A stretch of DNA of 32,000 bases from Dickeya dadantii NCPPB 898 (lineage in GTDB: Bacteria; Pseudomonadota; Gammaproteobacteria; Enterobacterales; Enterobacteriaceae). The stretch covers positions 1,396,630 through 1,428,629 of the forward strand of contig NZ_CM001976.1 in assembly GCF_000406145.1 (NCBI RefSeq). Direction: 5' to 3'. Under the pieces are notes generated by a model. That model saw nothing but the letters and a program-made list of their open reading frames with translations. It made no database searches and was not told the origin of the DNA. This document shows, one piece after another, positions 8,583-17,640 of this stretch. The position numbers were made by a program, and so were the translations under genes. How positions within the stretch are numbered: the stretch's first letter is position 1; every line of letters begins with the position of its first letter.

Positions 8583-9533
8583 CTAGCTGGCGATACGATG
8601 CAACGTATCGGATGAGGCGCTGTGACCCAGATTGTGCCTGATTTGGGTGTTGATGTCGTCGAGCAACTGGTAACGGCGCTGGTACTGGGCCCGTTTTTTG
8701 CTCGGCAATTCATCCAGCGTTTTGCGCGTAATCGTCAGCGGAAGTTGGTACAACCCCGCCGCGTTTCTGTCTGCGTTGACTGACAGCCAGAATTCGCTGT
8801 AACTGGAAAAACGCACCTTATTTTTACGGTAGCAGTAGCGCAGGCTCTGATAAACATGGTTTTCATCGCCCACCGCCAGAATGCGATTGATTCCGGTAAG
8901 ACCGGCGAGGGTCAGCAGGCATTCCAGCAACAGGCGTTTGGGAAACAGCCCGAAGCAGGCTTTCGACGCATCTTTGGTTAGCTCACGGGTCTGGTCGCGG
9001 CCTTTGCCCTGCAAACCACCAATCATGATGGTGGGTTGATTGTGGTCGCGTATCACCGAGAATGTCAGCGACGCCAGCACCACATTGTTAAAGCGGATAC
9101 GCAGCGTGGCCTCGCCCTCTTTGTCGTAACGCGAGGTGCTGCAAATCAGCGAAAAACTTTCGCCGTTCTTGCCGGAAAAACGCGCCAGACAATAGTCATC
9201 CAGGCTGAGAAACGCCTGTTTCAGAAACGGGTTGGCCAACTGATCCACGAAGGTGTAATGGGTACAAATAGCGTCAGCGCGCTCGGCGGCGTGCAGCGTG
9301 GCGGACAGATAAGGGCGGTGAATCTTGGTCGGCAGCATCGGCCGAATTTTCACCGCTTTCTGCATCGCGGGAATCTCAATAATATTATTCAGATAGCGTA
9401 AGGTAATTGACGGCATCAATAATGAACGCAATAAAAACTTGGCTTTTATATCGGCCTTGCGCCAGATCTTTTCAGAGAAAAAATCGCCTTTTAGCAGTTG
9501 ATAAAAAAGCGACAGTGCAGATGTTTTTTCCAT
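8583..9533 (-). CDS. VirK/YbjX (DUF535) family protein
   Basis: Starting at MEKTSALSLFYQLL... gives 316 aa, the typical VirK length. Conserved stretches include KFLLRSLL...HRPYLSA...HY.F. The upstream extension to 9644 has no support. Confidence 0.8.
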   Translation of the reverse strand: MEKTSALSLFYQLLKGDFFSEKIWRKADIKAKFLLRSLLMPSITLRYLNNIIEIPAMQKAVKIRPMLPTKIHRPYLSATLHAAERADAICTHYTFVDQLANPFLKQAFLSLDDYCLARFSGKNGESFSLICSTSRYDKEGEATLRIRFNNVVLASLTFSVIRDHNQPTIMIGGLQGKGRDQTRELTKDASKACFGLFPKRLLLECLLTLAGLTGINRILAVGDENHVYQSLRYCYRKNKVRFSSYSEFWLSVNADRNAAGLYQLPLTITRKTLDELPSKKRAQYQRRYQLLDDINTQIRHNLGHSASSDTLHRIAS

Positions 9534-9860
9534 TTTAATGCCCTGTGAGATAGTGCTGTAAAAATAATCACAGGGGAGCGGATGCCGGTAATGATCTATT
9601 CCCGTAAAACGCCTGCTCGGAAACCCTGCCGCACAGAAAGGCAAGGCGGTTTTTATCTCTGACCTCGCGTTTGCTGTTGCCGGGGATTATAAATATGGCT
9701 AGAAAAAGAAAAATCATAACCCCCATGCTGTTGAGCATTGATTTAGCGAAAATAATAAATACCGGATTATCGCAGGTCTGTTTGGGGTTGATTTAAACTT
9801 AATGGCTGGGAGAGGCGTATAATAAGAGATCGCATGGCTGAAATGCCTCAGTCTCTCAGG

Positions 9861-9894
9861 ACGGTTACCCTATACATACGGTTACCCTATACAT
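9861..9894. repeat. Perfect 17-bp tandem duplication in the virK / bhsA-like intergenic region
   Basis: acggttaccctatacat x2, exact. Confidence 0.95.
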
Positions 9895-10009
9895 ATAGAG
9901 AATTTGCGCCGGCGGTAACCGGTGGACTCCGGCGTCAGTAAACAGGCCGGCAGATGTACCCACCGGCCTGGCCGTTACTTAATCTGATGGTTTTCTTTCC
10001 AGAGAACGC

Positions 10010-10270
10010 TTATTTATAAACAATCGCGCTGGAGCGCACCAGATCGTCGTTATCCATAGAGATAATGACAAAATATTTTCCGCCCAGTTCATCTGCGGCT
10101 TGTGATAATTCGCGGGCCGCGTCCATCGGCGAATCGGTATTACTTGACGTAATCATCCCAATTTTTTGATAGTTATCCGCTTGCTCACGATTTATTTCCT
10201 GCGCCGCCAGCGTGCTGAAAGACGCCAGTGTAATAGCACACGCCGCGATGCTTTTGATTATCATGTTCAT
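10010..10270 (-). CDS. BhsA/McbA/YdgH (DUF1471) family stress-resistance periplasmic protein
   Basis: Starting at MNMIIKSIAACAITLASFSTLAAQ (signal peptide) gives 86 aa ending ...SSAIVYK, as in E. coli BhsA (...TAVIYK). GGAG RBS. Confidence 0.8.
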   Translation of the reverse strand: MNMIIKSIAACAITLASFSTLAAQEINREQADNYQKIGMITSSNTDSPMDAARELSQAADELGGKYFVIISMDNDDLVRSSAIVYK

Positions 10271-10287
10271 TATGCTAACTCCATCTT

Positions 10288-10598
10288 TATACCCGTCATA
10301 CTTCAAGTTGCCGGTGTGTTGGCTTTATTACTCGGCCCATCGATGGGCCTCGCCCCTTCGGGGCCGCTGCCAGCAGCGTTCAAATCGGCTTGCGCCGATT
10401 TGCCGCTCACCCCAGTCACTTACTTATGTAAGCTCCTGGGGATTAAATGAGAGACATCCTGTCTCTCACCGGAGGCCAGCCGTTGGCTGGTCAAATTAAT
10501 TCGTTCCCAACGAATTTGTCACTCGGTTGCCGCGTTACAAGGCTCATTATGAGCCTTGTTCTAAAGGGTCAACGCAACTCGAATTATTTGGGGTAGAG
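10288..10598. repeat. ERIC (enterobacterial repetitive intergenic consensus) element enlarged by internal insertions
   Basis: 10404-10425 is the exact reverse complement of the ERIC2 primer sequence. 10426-10444 matches ERIC1R. The outer arms tatacccgtcatacttcaagttg ... caactcgaattatttggggta match the second copy at 20840-20968. Two extra internal segments carry several hairpins. Confidence 0.8.
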
Positions 10599-10997
10599 TT
10601 AAGGTGTTTATATTTATCTCAACAGAATTACGTGCCGTGGAAAAAGAATGATGACTGTTTCTCTGTTGAGTGTACTCATCATAGGTGGTCGTGAAGGGTA
10701 ATTTTGTCAATTGATGCCATTTTAATTTCAATGCTGTTAATGATGACGAGAAATAATATTTTTTCGTTATGAATTGAAATTTCAATCGATTGATTTTCAT
10801 TAACAAGTTAAATAGCAAGAGTAATCGCTGACGGCATTGTTCCATAATAATGAAAACTGAATTTGAAAACCGTAGCCGATCTTTTTACGTACCCGCCTGA
10901 TTTTTCCGCCAGACGCGTCAGTATCACAGCGTTGTCCCTGTTAAGTGTAATGGTTTAGTAATGCTGTTGTTGCGAATGTGTCTTGTTTTCACTTTTT

Positions 10998-11016
10998 CGT
11001 AATGATAATAATTATT
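10998..11016. promoter_or_regulatory. Fur box upstream of hmuS
   Basis: cgtAATGATAATaATTATt matches 15/19 of GATAATGATAATCATTATC. It lies 72 nt upstream of the hmuS ATG in an AT-rich promoter region. Confidence 0.7.
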
Positions 11017-11087
11017 ATTAACTTTTGTGGTATTTCACACATCAATACCGTAGCCAGCGGACGGCGCTGTCGAGGGAGCTTTGGCAT

Positions 11088-12119
11088 ATGCATCACCACT
11101 ACACACACTATCTGCAACTAAAAGTTGAGCACCCGCGCAAATACGCTCGGGATGTGGCCCGCATGATGGGGCTGAGCGAAGCGGCGCTGACATCGCTGCG
11201 CGTCGGGCATGACGCCCGCCGCCTGTCAGGCGACATGCGTGCGCTGCTGGCCGGGCTGGAATTCGTCGGCGAAACCAAGTCCATCACCCGCAATGAATTT
11301 GCGGTGCATGAGCAGGTTGGGGTTTACCGTAACCAGCGTATCGGCGAACACGTCGGCCTGGTGCTCAACCCGCGCGGGCTGGACCTGCGCCTGTTTCCCG
11401 AGCAGTGGGACAGCGCGTTTGCGCTGACGGAACAGACCGCGCGCGGCGAGCGCCACAGCGTTCAGTTTTTTGATCGTCACGGCGACGCGGTACTCAAGGT
11501 CTATGCCACCGACAACACCGAACTGACGGTCTGGCAGGTGTTGATCGCGCGCTTCACGCTGACGGATAACCCGCCGCTGGCGCTACAGCCGGCGCCGAGC
11601 GATACGCCGGCAGTGACGCCGGATGCCGCTCTGCTTGAACAGGAGTGGCGGGCGATGACCGATGTGCATCAATTCTTCCCGCTGCTTAAACGGCACCAGA
11701 TCACGCGCCCGCAGGCGTTTCGCGCGGTGAGCGACGATCTGGCCTGTCAGGTGGACAACCAGGCGCTGGGGACGTTGCTGCGTGCCGCCCAGCAGGCGGG
11801 TAACGAGATCATGATTTTTGTCGGCAACCGCGGTTGCGTACAGATTTTCACCGGCGTGATCGAAAAGGTGGCGCCGATGGAGAGCTGGCTGAATGTGTTC
11901 AACCGTGACTTCACGCTGCACCTGGTGGAAGACGCCATTACTGAAAGCTGGGTTACCCGTAAACCGACTAAAGACGGCATGGTCACCAGTCTGGAACTGT
12001 TCGCCGCCGACGGCACGCCGATCGCCCAGCTGTTTGGTCAGCGCTCGGAGGGGGAACCGGAGCAGGCGTGCTGGCGCGAGCAGGTGATGTCGCTGGTGAC
12101 GCCGGAGGCCGCGGCATGA
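11088..12119 (+). CDS. hmuS: Hemin-degrading/transport factor HmuS/HemS/ChuS
   Basis: 343 aa from ATG 11088, the same size as HemS/ChuS. First gene of an S-T-U-V heme operon behind a Fur box. The TTG at 11025 in the ORF track was rejected. Confidence 0.9.
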   Translation: MHHHYTHYLQLKVEHPRKYARDVARMMGLSEAALTSLRVGHDARRLSGDMRALLAGLEFVGETKSITRNEFAVHEQVGVYRNQRIGEHVGLVLNPRGLDLRLFPEQWDSAFALTEQTARGERHSVQFFDRHGDAVLKVYATDNTELTVWQVLIARFTLTDNPPLALQPAPSDTPAVTPDAALLEQEWRAMTDVHQFFPLLKRHQITRPQAFRAVSDDLACQVDNQALGTLLRAAQQAGNEIMIFVGNRGCVQIFTGVIEKVAPMESWLNVFNRDFTLHLVEDAITESWVTRKPTKDGMVTSLELFAADGTPIAQLFGQRSEGEPEQACWREQVMSLVTPEAAA

Positions 12120-12985
12120 GAGCGCTATGTCTGATGTTGCTGTGGCTGCCGCTGTCGCTGCTGGCCGCCGAGCGGGTGGTGGCTATTGATCGGATAGTGG
12201 CCAATGATCGGATAGTGACCAATGATCGGATAGTGACCATTGGCGGCGATGTCACACAGATTGTCTTTGCATTGCAGGCGGGCGATCGGGTGGTGGCGCG
12301 CGACAGCACCAGTTTGCATCCCGAGGCGGTGACCGCGTTGCCGAATGTCGGTTACATGCGGCAGCTAAATGCAGAAGGCATTTTGTCGATGCGGCCGACG
12401 CTGGTGCTGGCGAGCGCGCTGGCGCAGCCGTCCACGGTGCTGGATCAGGTGGCCAGCCGGGGCGTGCGCGTGGTGACGGTGCCGGAGCCGCAAACGGTCG
12501 ACGGCATTAGCGCCAAGATTCAGGCGATCGCCGGCGCGCTGGACGTCGCGCCGCGCGGCGAGGCGCTGGTGCAACAGGTGAAACAGCAACTGGCGGCGGT
12601 GCCGCCGCAACCGGCATCGGGCCGCATGTTGTTCATCCTCAGTCATAGCGGCATGGGCGCGATGGCGGCCGGGCAGAGTACCGCGGCGGACGCGGCGTTT
12701 CGCGCCGCCGGATTACAGAACGCGATGCAGGGATTCAACCGTTATCAACCTTTGTCGCAGGAAGGCGTGGTGGCAAGCCAGCCGGACTGGGTGGTGATCA
12801 CTAGCGATGGCGCTAAATCTCTGGGCGGCGACGCGGCAATCTGGCAACTGCCGGGGCTGGCGTTGACGCCGGCAGGAAAGCACAAACGGTTGCTGGTGGT
12901 GGACGACATGGCGCTGCTGGGCTTCGGTCTGGATACGCCTGCGGCGCTGTTGCGCCTGCGTCAGGCGGTGGATGCGGCGAAGTGA
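12116..12985 (+). CDS. hmuT: Hemin ABC transporter periplasmic binding protein HmuT/HemT/ChuT
   Basis: The ATG overlaps the hmuS stop (ATGA). Signal peptide [18 protein letters not shown]. The ...[26 protein letters not shown] motif is typical of HmuT. Confidence 0.9.
   Translation: MRALCLMLLWLPLSLLAAERVVAIDRIVANDRIVTNDRIVTIGGDVTQIVFALQAGDRVVARDSTSLHPEAVTALPNVGYMRQLNAEGILSMRPTLVLASALAQPSTVLDQVASRGVRVVTVPEPQTVDGISAKIQAIAGALDVAPRGEALVQQVKQQLAAVPPQPASGRMLFILSHSGMGAMAAGQSTAADAAFRAAGLQNAMQGFNRYQPLSQEGVVASQPDWVVITSDGAKSLGGDAAIWQLPGLALTPAGKHKRLLVVDDMALLGFGLDTPAALLRLRQAVDAAK
12179..12241 (+). repeat. In-frame 18-bp tandem repeat (3.5 units) inside hmuT
   Basis: gtggctattgatcggata / gtggccaatgatcggata / gtgaccaatgatcggata / gtgaccatt..., encoding [24 protein letters not shown] immediately after the signal peptide. 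Confidence 0.95.
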
Positions 12986-13962
12986 GCCTGCATCCCCGGC
13001 TGATGCTGCTGTCGATGGCGGGCGCGCTGGCGCTGCTGGCGGTGATCGCCGCCGGTAGCGGCGCGATGCCGGTGTCATTGACGCAGTTGATCAGCCTCCC
13101 GCTCGACAGTATGGCGTGGCAGGTGTGGCTGTACATTCGGCTGCCGCGGGTGGTGCTGGCGTTGCTGGTGGGGATGGCGCTGGCGCTGTCCGGCGCCGGG
13201 ATGCAGGGGCTGTTCCGCAATCCGCTGGCGGACCCGGTATTGCTGGGGGTCAGCAGCGGGGCGGCCGTCGGCGTAGCGCTGGCGATACTGTTTCCGCTGG
13301 CGCTGCCGACACTGCTGGCGCTGTACCTGCCGCTGCTGGCCGCTTTTGTCGGCAGCCTGCTGATCATGCTGCTGCTGTTCTCCCTCAGCCTGTCGGGAGA
13401 ACGTTCCCTGTCGCGCCTGCTGCTGGTGGGGATTGCCATCAACGCCATCGGCAGCGCCGTCACCGGCCTGCTGGCGTGGATCAGCAACGATCAGCAACTG
13501 CGCCAGCTGTCGCTGTGGGGTATGGGCAGTATGGCGCAGGCGCAATGGGTGACGGTGGCGTCGCTGGTGGTGCCGTGCGTGTGGTGGTTGCAGCGGCTGG
13601 CTTCGCCGCTCAATTTGCTGCAACTGGGCGACGAGGAAGCGCACTACCTTGGGGTGGATGTGCACCGCACCCGGCGTCGGATCGTCATTCTGTGCGCGGT
13701 GCTGGTGGCGGCGGCGGTGTCGGTCAGCGGGATCATCGTTTTTGTCGGCCTGATCACGCCGCACCTGATGCGGCTGCTGCTGGGCGCGGATCACCGCTGG
13801 TTGTTGCCGGGTACGACGCTGGGCGGGGCGCTGTTGCTGCTGTTGGCGGATACGCTGGCCCGCACGCTGGTGGTGCCGGCGGAGATGCCGGTCGGGTTAC
13901 TCACCGGCCTGGTGGGTGGCCCGTGGTTTTTGTGGTTGATTCTGAGGCGGCAACATGGCTGA
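12982..13962 (+). CDS. hmuU: Hemin ABC transporter permease HmuU/HemU/ChuU (FecCD family)
   Basis: 326-aa polytopic membrane protein. The GTG overlaps the hmuT stop. Position in the operon fits. Confidence 0.9.
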   Translation: MSLHPRLMLLSMAGALALLAVIAAGSGAMPVSLTQLISLPLDSMAWQVWLYIRLPRVVLALLVGMALALSGAGMQGLFRNPLADPVLLGVSSGAAVGVALAILFPLALPTLLALYLPLLAAFVGSLLIMLLLFSLSLSGERSLSRLLLVGIAINAIGSAVTGLLAWISNDQQLRQLSLWGMGSMAQAQWVTVASLVVPCVWWLQRLASPLNLLQLGDEEAHYLGVDVHRTRRRIVILCAVLVAAAVSVSGIIVFVGLITPHLMRLLLGADHRWLLPGTTLGGALLLLLADTLARTLVVPAEMPVGLLTGLVGGPWFLWLILRRQHG

Positions 13963-14749
13963 ACCGCGTTTTGCGCCACTGGAGGCGCACCAGTTGAATT
14001 ACCAGGTGGCCGCCGGCCGGACCCTGATTGACGATGTGTCGCTGACGCTGGCTCAGGGCGAACTGGTGGCGTTGATCGGGCCTAACGGCGCGGGTAAATC
14101 TACCCTGCTGCGGTTGTTGACCGGTTACCTGACCCCACAGCGCGGGGAATGCCGGCTTGATGGCCGGGCGTTGACAAGCTGGTCGCCGGGCGCGCTGTCG
14201 CGTCTGCGGGCGGTGATGCGTCAGGATAATACGCTGACCGCGTCGTTCCGCGTAGAACAGGTAGTGGCGATGGGACGAACCCCCTGGTGCGATACGCCGG
14301 AGCCGGAACTGGTGTCCGCGGTGCTGGCGTTGACCGGTTGCGAGCACCTGCGCCAGCGGTTGTATCCGCAATTGTCCGGCGGCGAGCAGCAGCGTGTCCG
14401 GCTGGCGCAGGCGCTGGCCCAGCTCTGGCGGGACGACGGCCCGCAAGGCTGGCTGTTTCTGGACGAGCCCACTTCGGCGCTGGATTTGTTCCATCAGCAA
14501 CGGCTGTTGCGATTGCTGAAGTCGCTGACCGAAGCAGGGAAACTGGCGGTGTGCTGCGTATTGCACGATCTCAATCTGGCGTCGTTATGGGCCGACCGGG
14601 TGGTGGTGATGCAAGGCGGCCGCAAGGTGGCGGAAGGGGTGCCGACGCAGGTGCTGACCGAAGCGGCGATTCAGCACTGGTATCAGGCGGAGGTGCTGGT
14701 CAGCCCGCACGGCGACACCGGTATGCCGCAGGTGGCGTTGCGCCGTTAA
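13955..14749 (+). CDS. hmuV: Hemin import ATP-binding protein HmuV/HemV/ChuV
   Basis: Walker A GPNGAGKST, signature LSGGEQQR, Walker B LFLDEPTS. Overlaps the hmuU end by 8 nt. Confidence 0.9.
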   Translation: MAEPRFAPLEAHQLNYQVAAGRTLIDDVSLTLAQGELVALIGPNGAGKSTLLRLLTGYLTPQRGECRLDGRALTSWSPGALSRLRAVMRQDNTLTASFRVEQVVAMGRTPWCDTPEPELVSAVLALTGCEHLRQRLYPQLSGGEQQRVRLAQALAQLWRDDGPQGWLFLDEPTSALDLFHQQRLLRLLKSLTEAGKLAVCCVLHDLNLASLWADRVVVMQGGRKVAEGVPTQVLTEAAIQHWYQAEVLVSPHGDTGMPQVALRR

Positions 14750-14804
14750 AGACGTGCGTGGTGCGCCGGTGAAGCGCGTCGATGAAGAAAGACGTAAAAA
14801 GTTC

Positions 14805-14823
14805 GGCAATCATAATAACAACG
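14805..14823. promoter_or_regulatory. Weak Fur-box-like sequence upstream of the TonB-dependent receptor
   Basis: ggcAATcATAATaAcaAcg matches about 11/19 of the Fur consensus, 150 nt upstream of ATG 14974. Confidence 0.3.
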
Positions 14824-14973
14824 ATCGTACCCGATGGATTTCGAATTGCAGGAAAGCGGTTGACGCGCCGGCAACGCGAAGCTTGATGGGTATACAAGCG
14901 TAACCGATTGAAATAATACTGTTTGGCAATCCCTGAGCAAGAAGATAACGACATCCACTATTGAGGTTGCAGT

Positions 14974-17460
14974 ATGTTCTTGCACAACAAAGAAACGCAT
15001 CGCATCGGGTTAAACCGGATCATGTTGACCGGCATATTGACCGGTCTTGCCTGCCCGACGCTGGCGGCGGACGCTAACACAGCGACATCATCGACTACGA
15101 CGACATTACCGACTACGACGACATTACCGGCCGCGACGACATTACCGGCCGTGACGACATTATTGGCCACGACGGATAGAGGGACGAAAAAAGCCGCGCC
15201 GGCGGACAACGCCGCCGCCGGTTCATCCGGCGATCAGATGACGGTGATGTCGCCGCGCGTCACCAAACCGGGCACCACCATCAGGATGACCGACAGCGAC
15301 ATGCAAAAGAACGGCGGCAACGACTTCGGTTCTATCATGCGCTATCAGCCGCTGGTGAGCGCCACCGGCGTCAGCGGCGGTTCCGGCGCGGGTAAAAGCG
15401 GGTTCGATCGCGGCGGGTATACCGGCTACAACATCCGTGGTCTGGAGAGCAACCGGGTGGCGATCGACGTAGACGGCATCCCGCTGCCCAACGCCACCGG
15501 CCGCAGTTACGCCGGGCGTCCGGGGTTGAATACCTTCGGCATCGGCCGTGATTACATTGACCCATACATGTACGGTCTGGTCAGTATCGACGCCGGCGCG
15601 ACGCCGATCGAGCGCGCCAATAACGCCATCGGCGGCGCGGTGTCGTTCCGTCCTAAATCGCCCGATCAGTATTTATCGGCGCAGAAAGACCACTATGTCG
15701 GGTATCAGAGCGACTACGACTCCGCCAGCCGCAGCTGGCATAACGGCGTAACGGTCGCCGGCGGCGATCAGACCCTGCGCGGCATTGCGGTGGTCAGCCG
15801 CCGTGATGGACAGGAGACTCGCACCAACAGCGACCGTCTGTCCGCCTATCCGCTCAACTGGCACTCGACGGCGGTGATGACCTCGGCTATCTGGCAGCCT
15901 AACGATCAGCACCGTTTCACCGGGACGTTCGACTACTACAACAAGACGTCGCACACCCATTACGATGGCTGGAATAACGTCGGCTCCAGCATCGTCGGCA
16001 CCTCGCAGCAGGACAGCGACAGCGAACGCTGGAGCGGCAGCCTGCGCCACAGCTGGACCTCCGCCACCAATACCGGCTGGGTGGATGCGGTGGATTCCCG
16101 CGTCTACGCCCAGCGTTCCACCGCGAAAGATGACACCGACATGCCGCTGGACGACGGCAGCATGCAGCAGGTCAACTCCGACTACAACGTCAGAACCTAC
16201 GGCGTCGAAACCAGCCTGTTGAAATCCGTCGGCATGCACCAGTTCACCTGGGGCTTCAACGCCCAACAGTCCGATACCGAGCGTCCGTTCCATCAGTCGC
16301 CGGCGCAGACGGGGGCCAACGTCGTCATGCAGCCGGAAGCAGACAGCCGCAGCTACAGTCTGGGCGGCTTTGTGCAGGATAAGATGGAAGTCGAGCTGGC
16401 CGGCAAGACGCTGGCGATCACCCCTGGGGTACGGGTAGCGCATCAGAGCACCACGTCGCGCAACCTGTCCAGCCTGAGCGCGGGCAGCAGCGTGATCACC
16501 GCAGGCGATGTGCAGTCGCTATACGGCAAGACCACCCGCGACACCGAAGTGCTGCCGTCGCTCAGTTTGCAGTATGAACTGACGCCGCGCCTGAGCACCT
16601 ACCTGCAGTATCGCCGTGGCGCCCAGTTCCCGGACGCCAGCCAGCTGTACGGCTCCTGGAGTCTGGGTTCCAACTATGCCGGCCGTGCGCAGTACGCGTT
16701 GATCGGCAACAGCAATCTGGAAACCGAAACCAGCAACAACTATGAGTGGGGGCTGAAAGGCGACGTGACCGACGGCGTTAGCTTCCGCACCGCGGTGTTC
16801 TACAACGACTACAAGAACTTTATCGCCAGCACCCGCTACACCCGGGCGGCCAATCCGGAAAAGTTCACCAACGTACCGTCGAATATCTACACCGCTTATC
16901 AGATGGAAAACCGCGACAAGGCGTATATCTACGGCGCGGAATTCAGCAGCCGCGTGCAGTGGGGCACCTGGTTTGACGCGCTCGGCGGGTTCAGCACCAC
17001 GCTGGCGGTCGGTTATAACGAAGGGAAATCGAAATCCCGCTATCTGGGCGACAAATACGTTGACCTCGACAGCGTAGCGCCGGTGAAAGCGGTGGTCGGC
17101 CTGGCCTGGGACGAAGCGAATAACCGCTACGGCGCCGCCATCACGTCTACGTTCCAGAAAGGCAAGCGCGCCACCGCCACCAACCGTCAAGGGTATAACA
17201 ATACCGGCGCGGCGCTGACCGACTCGACGACCGAGTACATGCGCGTGCCGGGGTACGGGCTGGTGGACTTGACCGCCTACTGGCGAGTGCTGCCGAATGT
17301 GCGGCTGAGCGGCGGCGTGTATAACCTGACTGACCGTAAATACTGGGACTACCTGAGCAGCCGCCAGCTGACGCTGAGCACCGCTCAGGATGGCTACAAC
17401 CGCGAACTGGCGGTGATGCCGGGACGTACCTTCCAACTGGGCGTCAATGTCGATTTCTGA
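14974..17460 (+). CDS. TonB-dependent outer-membrane receptor (heme/hemoglobin-receptor-like by context)
   Basis: 828 aa. GAGGT RBS, signal peptide ...LACPTLAADA, TonB-box-like DQMTVMSP, and a C-terminal ...GVNVDF with terminal Phe. It has FRAP/NPNL-like boxes (AQFP...NSNL) and sits next to hmuSTUV. Confidence 0.8.
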   Translation: MFLHNKETHRIGLNRIMLTGILTGLACPTLAADANTATSSTTTTLPTTTTLPAATTLPAVTTLLATTDRGTKKAAPADNAAAGSSGDQMTVMSPRVTKPGTTIRMTDSDMQKNGGNDFGSIMRYQPLVSATGVSGGSGAGKSGFDRGGYTGYNIRGLESNRVAIDVDGIPLPNATGRSYAGRPGLNTFGIGRDYIDPYMYGLVSIDAGATPIERANNAIGGAVSFRPKSPDQYLSAQKDHYVGYQSDYDSASRSWHNGVTVAGGDQTLRGIAVVSRRDGQETRTNSDRLSAYPLNWHSTAVMTSAIWQPNDQHRFTGTFDYYNKTSHTHYDGWNNVGSSIVGTSQQDSDSERWSGSLRHSWTSATNTGWVDAVDSRVYAQRSTAKDDTDMPLDDGSMQQVNSDYNVRTYGVETSLLKSVGMHQFTWGFNAQQSDTERPFHQSPAQTGANVVMQPEADSRSYSLGGFVQDKMEVELAGKTLAITPGVRVAHQSTTSRNLSSLSAGSSVITAGDVQSLYGKTTRDTEVLPSLSLQYELTPRLSTYLQYRRGAQFPDASQLYGSWSLGSNYAGRAQYALIGNSNLETETSNNYEWGLKGDVTDGVSFRTAVFYNDYKNFIASTRYTRAANPEKFTNVPSNIYTAYQMENRDKAYIYGAEFSSRVQWGTWFDALGGFSTTLAVGYNEGKSKSRYLGDKYVDLDSVAPVKAVVGLAWDEANNRYGAAITSTFQKGKRATATNRQGYNNTGAALTDSTTEYMRVPGYGLVDLTAYWRVLPNVRLSGGVYNLTDRKYWDYLSSRQLTLSTAQDGYNRELAVMPGRTFQLGVNVDF
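15094..15176 (+). repeat. In-frame 18-bp tandem repeat (~4.6 units) in the receptor N-terminus
   Basis: actacgacgacattaccg x2, gccgcgacgacattaccg, gccgtgacgacattattg, gccacgacgga, encoding TTTTLP-TTTTLP-AATTLP-AVTTLL-ATTD. It lies between the signal-peptide cleavage site and the TonB box. Confidence 0.95.
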
Positions 17461-17480
17461 TCGTCACTGAGCCTTTCCAA

Positions 17481-17514
17481 CGGTCTTCTGCCGGTGTGGC
17501 GGAAGACCGTTTTT
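17481..17514 (+). terminator. Intrinsic terminator of the receptor gene
   Basis: cggtcttctgcc-ggtgt-ggcggaagaccg: 12-bp stem followed by ttttt, 21 nt after the stop. Confidence 0.8.
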
Positions 17515-17640
17515 CCGCACGGCCTATCCTTCCTGTTTCTTCTGTGACGTTGGCTATTTCTTCAGGGTTAAAATGCTGTTTTAATTTACGTGACGAATTG
17601 ACTTATAAGCGGATAACCGCACGCTCATCAGGGGACAAAT

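Noticed and set aside
10561-10845. 94-aa - strand ORF, and a 17-codon + strand mini-ORF (10648-10701, MMTVSLLSVLIIGGREG), in the AT-rich tract upstream of hmuS
   Set aside because: The region is ~30% GC promoter-like DNA. The long ORF starts inside the ERIC element and has atypical composition. The mini-ORF has only a weak RBS and no other support. It is more likely an H-NS/Fur-controlled promoter region.
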